A stretch of DNA of 27,038 bases. Source: Candidatus Bathyarchaeia archaeon. GTDB lineage: Archaea; Thermoproteota; Bathyarchaeia; Bathyarchaeales; Bathycorpusculaceae. Position 1 is the stretch's first letter; every line of letters starts with the position of its first letter. The stretch lies in contig JBBFKZ010000022.1 in NCBI GenBank assembly GCA_037481775.1, positions 1 to 27,038 of the forward strand, in the 5' to 3' direction. Shown here in pieces: positions 24,994-27,038 of this stretch. A program made the position numbers and the translations under genes. The notes below the pieces were generated by a model. The model had not been told where the DNA came from. It saw only the letters and a program-made list of their open reading frames with translations, and made no database searches.

Positions 24994-27038
24994 TTGAAAA
25001 TCGCAGAGCTGCCAATTCCAGAGCAAGTGAAGGAGATTCTGCTTCGCATGGGGATTGCCGAGCTGTATCCTCCTCAGGCAGAAGCCATCCAAGCTGGAGT
25101 TTTGGAAGGCAAAAACCTTGTTCTGGCAAGCCCGACGGCTTCGGGGAAAACGCTGATAGCGGAACTTTGCAGCCTCAAGCATGTGCTGGAGAGAAACGGC
25201 AAAGTCGTCTACCTTACGCCGTTGAGGGCTTTGGCGAATGAGAAATTCGACGAATTCAAAAAATACGTTGCCATCAGCAAAGCAGACGGCAGGCGCGTAA
25301 GCGTTGGCATCAGCACCGGCGACTTCGACAGCAACGACCCTTGGCTGGGGCGCTACGACATAATTGTAAGCACTAATGAGAAGGCTGATTCGCTGTTGCG
25401 GCACCGTGCAAGATGGATGGAGGACGTTTCTCTGATAGTTGCAGATGAAGTTCACCTTTTGAATGAGGCGGAGCGTGGGCCGACACTTGAGGTGGTGCTG
25501 GCGAGGCTTATGCAGATTAACCCGTCAATACAGATTTTAGCGTTAAGCGCCACCATAAACAATGTTGAAGAAATTGCAGCTTGGCTTAAAGCCAAATACG
25601 TCATAACTGAATGGCGGCCAGTCACGCTTAAGGAGGGCATACTACTACATGAGGAAATACAGTACAAAGACGGAGACGCAAGAAAAATCGACAGAAAAAC
25701 TGCCAACCCAGTAATCAATCTCGTTCTAAATACCATTAAAACAGGTGGGCAAGCGCTTGTTTTCGCGTCTACAAGGCAGAATTCTGTGGCGTGGGCCAAG
25801 AAAATCGCTGATTACACTGCTGAAGCCCTCTCCAAACCGTTGAAAAGAGCGCTGGAGCATGAAGCAGAAAAAATCCTGTCTGCAGGCGAAAGAACACGGA
25901 TAAGCGAAAGCCTCGCAGCGCTCGTCAAATGCGGCGTCGCGTTTCACCATGCGGGCTTAGGAGGAGCGCATCGACGCATGATTGAAGACCTTTTCCGCCA
26001 AGGAAAAATCAAGGCGCTCACCGCTACGCCCACCCTCGCTTTCGGCGTGAACCTGCCAGCGCGCACCGTGATTATTCAGGATTACCGACGTTGGGAGCCA
26101 GGTTACGGCTATTATCCCATAAGCGTGCTGGAGTACAAGCAGATGGCTGGTCGAGCTGGGCGACCAAAATACGACAAGGTTGGCGAGGCGGTGCTTGTCG
26201 CGAAAACCGCAGATGAAGCAGACTACCTCATGAGCAGCTACGTTCTCGCACACCCAGAGCGAATATGGTCAAGGCTTGCGGTTGAACGCATAATCCGCGG
26301 GCACGTGCTCGCCACCGTCGCCTCGGATTTCGCGCACACGGAAAACGGCATCTACGATTTCTTCGCAAAAACCTTCTACGCGCACCAGTATGACGTGAAA
26401 GCCATCAAGAGCATCATAGCTAAAATTCTGAGGTACTTGTATGACGAGGAGATGCTGGAAGTTTTCGGCAACGAGATTTACGCCACCAAATTTGGAAAAC
26501 GAGTAAGTGAGCTATACATTGATCCTGCTTCGGCGGTTGTAATCCGCGACGCGTTAAGCCGCAAACCCGAGTGCCTAACCGAGTTTAGTCTTCTGCATTT
26601 GATTGCGCACACGCCGGACATGGAGCCCGTGATGCGGCCGCACGCCCGCGAAGTGGACGAGATGGCGGTTCTCATGGAGGAACACCGCGAAGAATTATTT
26701 GTGCCGCCGCCAACTGAATGGGAAGACCGCATAGCCTACGAGGAATTTCTAGGCGAAATCAAAACCGCAGTGGTTCTGCAAAGCTGGATTGACGAGGTGA
26801 GCGAGGAAGCACTGCTAGATCGCTTCGGTGTCCAGCCCGGGGATCTTTACAAGGTTATTGAAAATGCGAAATGGCTGCTTTATGCCGTGCATGAATTGGG
26901 AAGGCTTCTGGGGCATACGCCTGTTCTGCCTTTAACCGCCGAGCTGATTGAGCGCGTGGCTAAAGGCGTAAAGAAGGAGTTGCTGCCCATAGTCAGGCTG
27001 GAGGGTGTCGGCCGCGTGCGCGGGCGCGTCCTCTACAA
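24994..27038 (+). CDS. hel308: Ski2-like SF2 DNA helicase Hel308 (runs off the 3' edge; missing from the ORF track)
   Basis: From TTG 24994: MKIAELPIPE..LYPPQAEAI..SPTASGKT, DEVH (25444-25455), LSAT, WRPV, FHHAGL, TPTLAFGVNLPA, QMAGRAGRP, VSELYIDP. Confidence 0.92.
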   Translation, partial: MKIAELPIPEQVKEILLRMGIAELYPPQAEAIQAGVLEGKNLVLASPTASGKTLIAELCSLKHVLERNGKVVYLTPLRALANEKFDEFKKYVAISKADGRRVSVGISTGDFDSNDPWLGRYDIIVSTNEKADSLLRHRARWMEDVSLIVADEVHLLNEAERGPTLEVVLARLMQINPSIQILALSATINNVEEIAAWLKAKYVITEWRPVTLKEGILLHEEIQYKDGDARKIDRKTANPVINLVLNTIKTGGQALVFASTRQNSVAWAKKIADYTAEALSKPLKRALEHEAEKILSAGERTRISESLAALVKCGVAFHHAGLGGAHRRMIEDLFRQGKIKALTATPTLAFGVNLPARTVIIQDYRRWEPGYGYYPISVLEYKQMAGRAGRPKYDKVGEAVLVAKTADEADYLMSSYVLAHPERIWSRLAVERIIRGHVLATVASDFAHTENGIYDFFAKTFYAHQYDVKAIKSIIAKILRYLYDEEMLEVFGNEIYATKFGKRVSELYIDPASAVVIRDALSRKPECLTEFSLLHLIAHTPDMEPVMRPHAREVDEMAVLMEEHREELFVPPPTEWEDRIAYEEFLGEIKTAVVLQSWIDEVSEEALLDRFGVQPGDLYKVIENAKWLLYAVHELGRLLGHTPVLPLTAELIERVAKGVKKELLPIVRLEGVGRVRGRVLY

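Noticed and set aside
24860-26732. Short ORFs in the track (24860-25129, 24958-25455, 24978-25241, 25452-25799, 25726-25950, 25957-26253, 26478-26732)
   Set aside because: Shadow ORFs of the open-ended Hel308 gene.

Overview
Archaeal chromosomal window. The gene content (eukaryote-like topoisomerase IB, srp19/rps8e, divergent PadR pair, DUF996, Hel308) suggests a TACK archaeon, probably Bathyarchaeia; this is inference. It opens with a compact cluster for the lower archaeal (Aeropyrum-type) mevalonate/isoprenoid pathway: mvk (partial), UbiD-type anhydromevalonate-phosphate decarboxylase, two-subunit AcnX phosphomevalonate dehydratase, ipk, fni, GGPP synthase, followed by gltX and srp19. Next come rps8e, DUF996, a divergent PadR pair with a palindromic operator, an uncharacterised kinase fusion coupled to an RNase J-like beta-CASP nuclease, trmI, and a Grs/Gms-like B12 radical SAM enzyme. 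An unannotated C/D-box guide sRNA follows, then a small HExxH metallopeptidase upstream of topoisomerase IB, DUF167, a MOP flippase, an unusual Fe-S operon, and Hel308 (partial). The Fe-S operon has an IscS-like protein with a degenerate PLP pocket, IscU, a SufS that appears to start at a non-canonical ATC codon, and a small Cys-containing protein. No CRISPR, tRNA, rRNA or mobile element was seen. All family calls come from motif recognition, not database searches.
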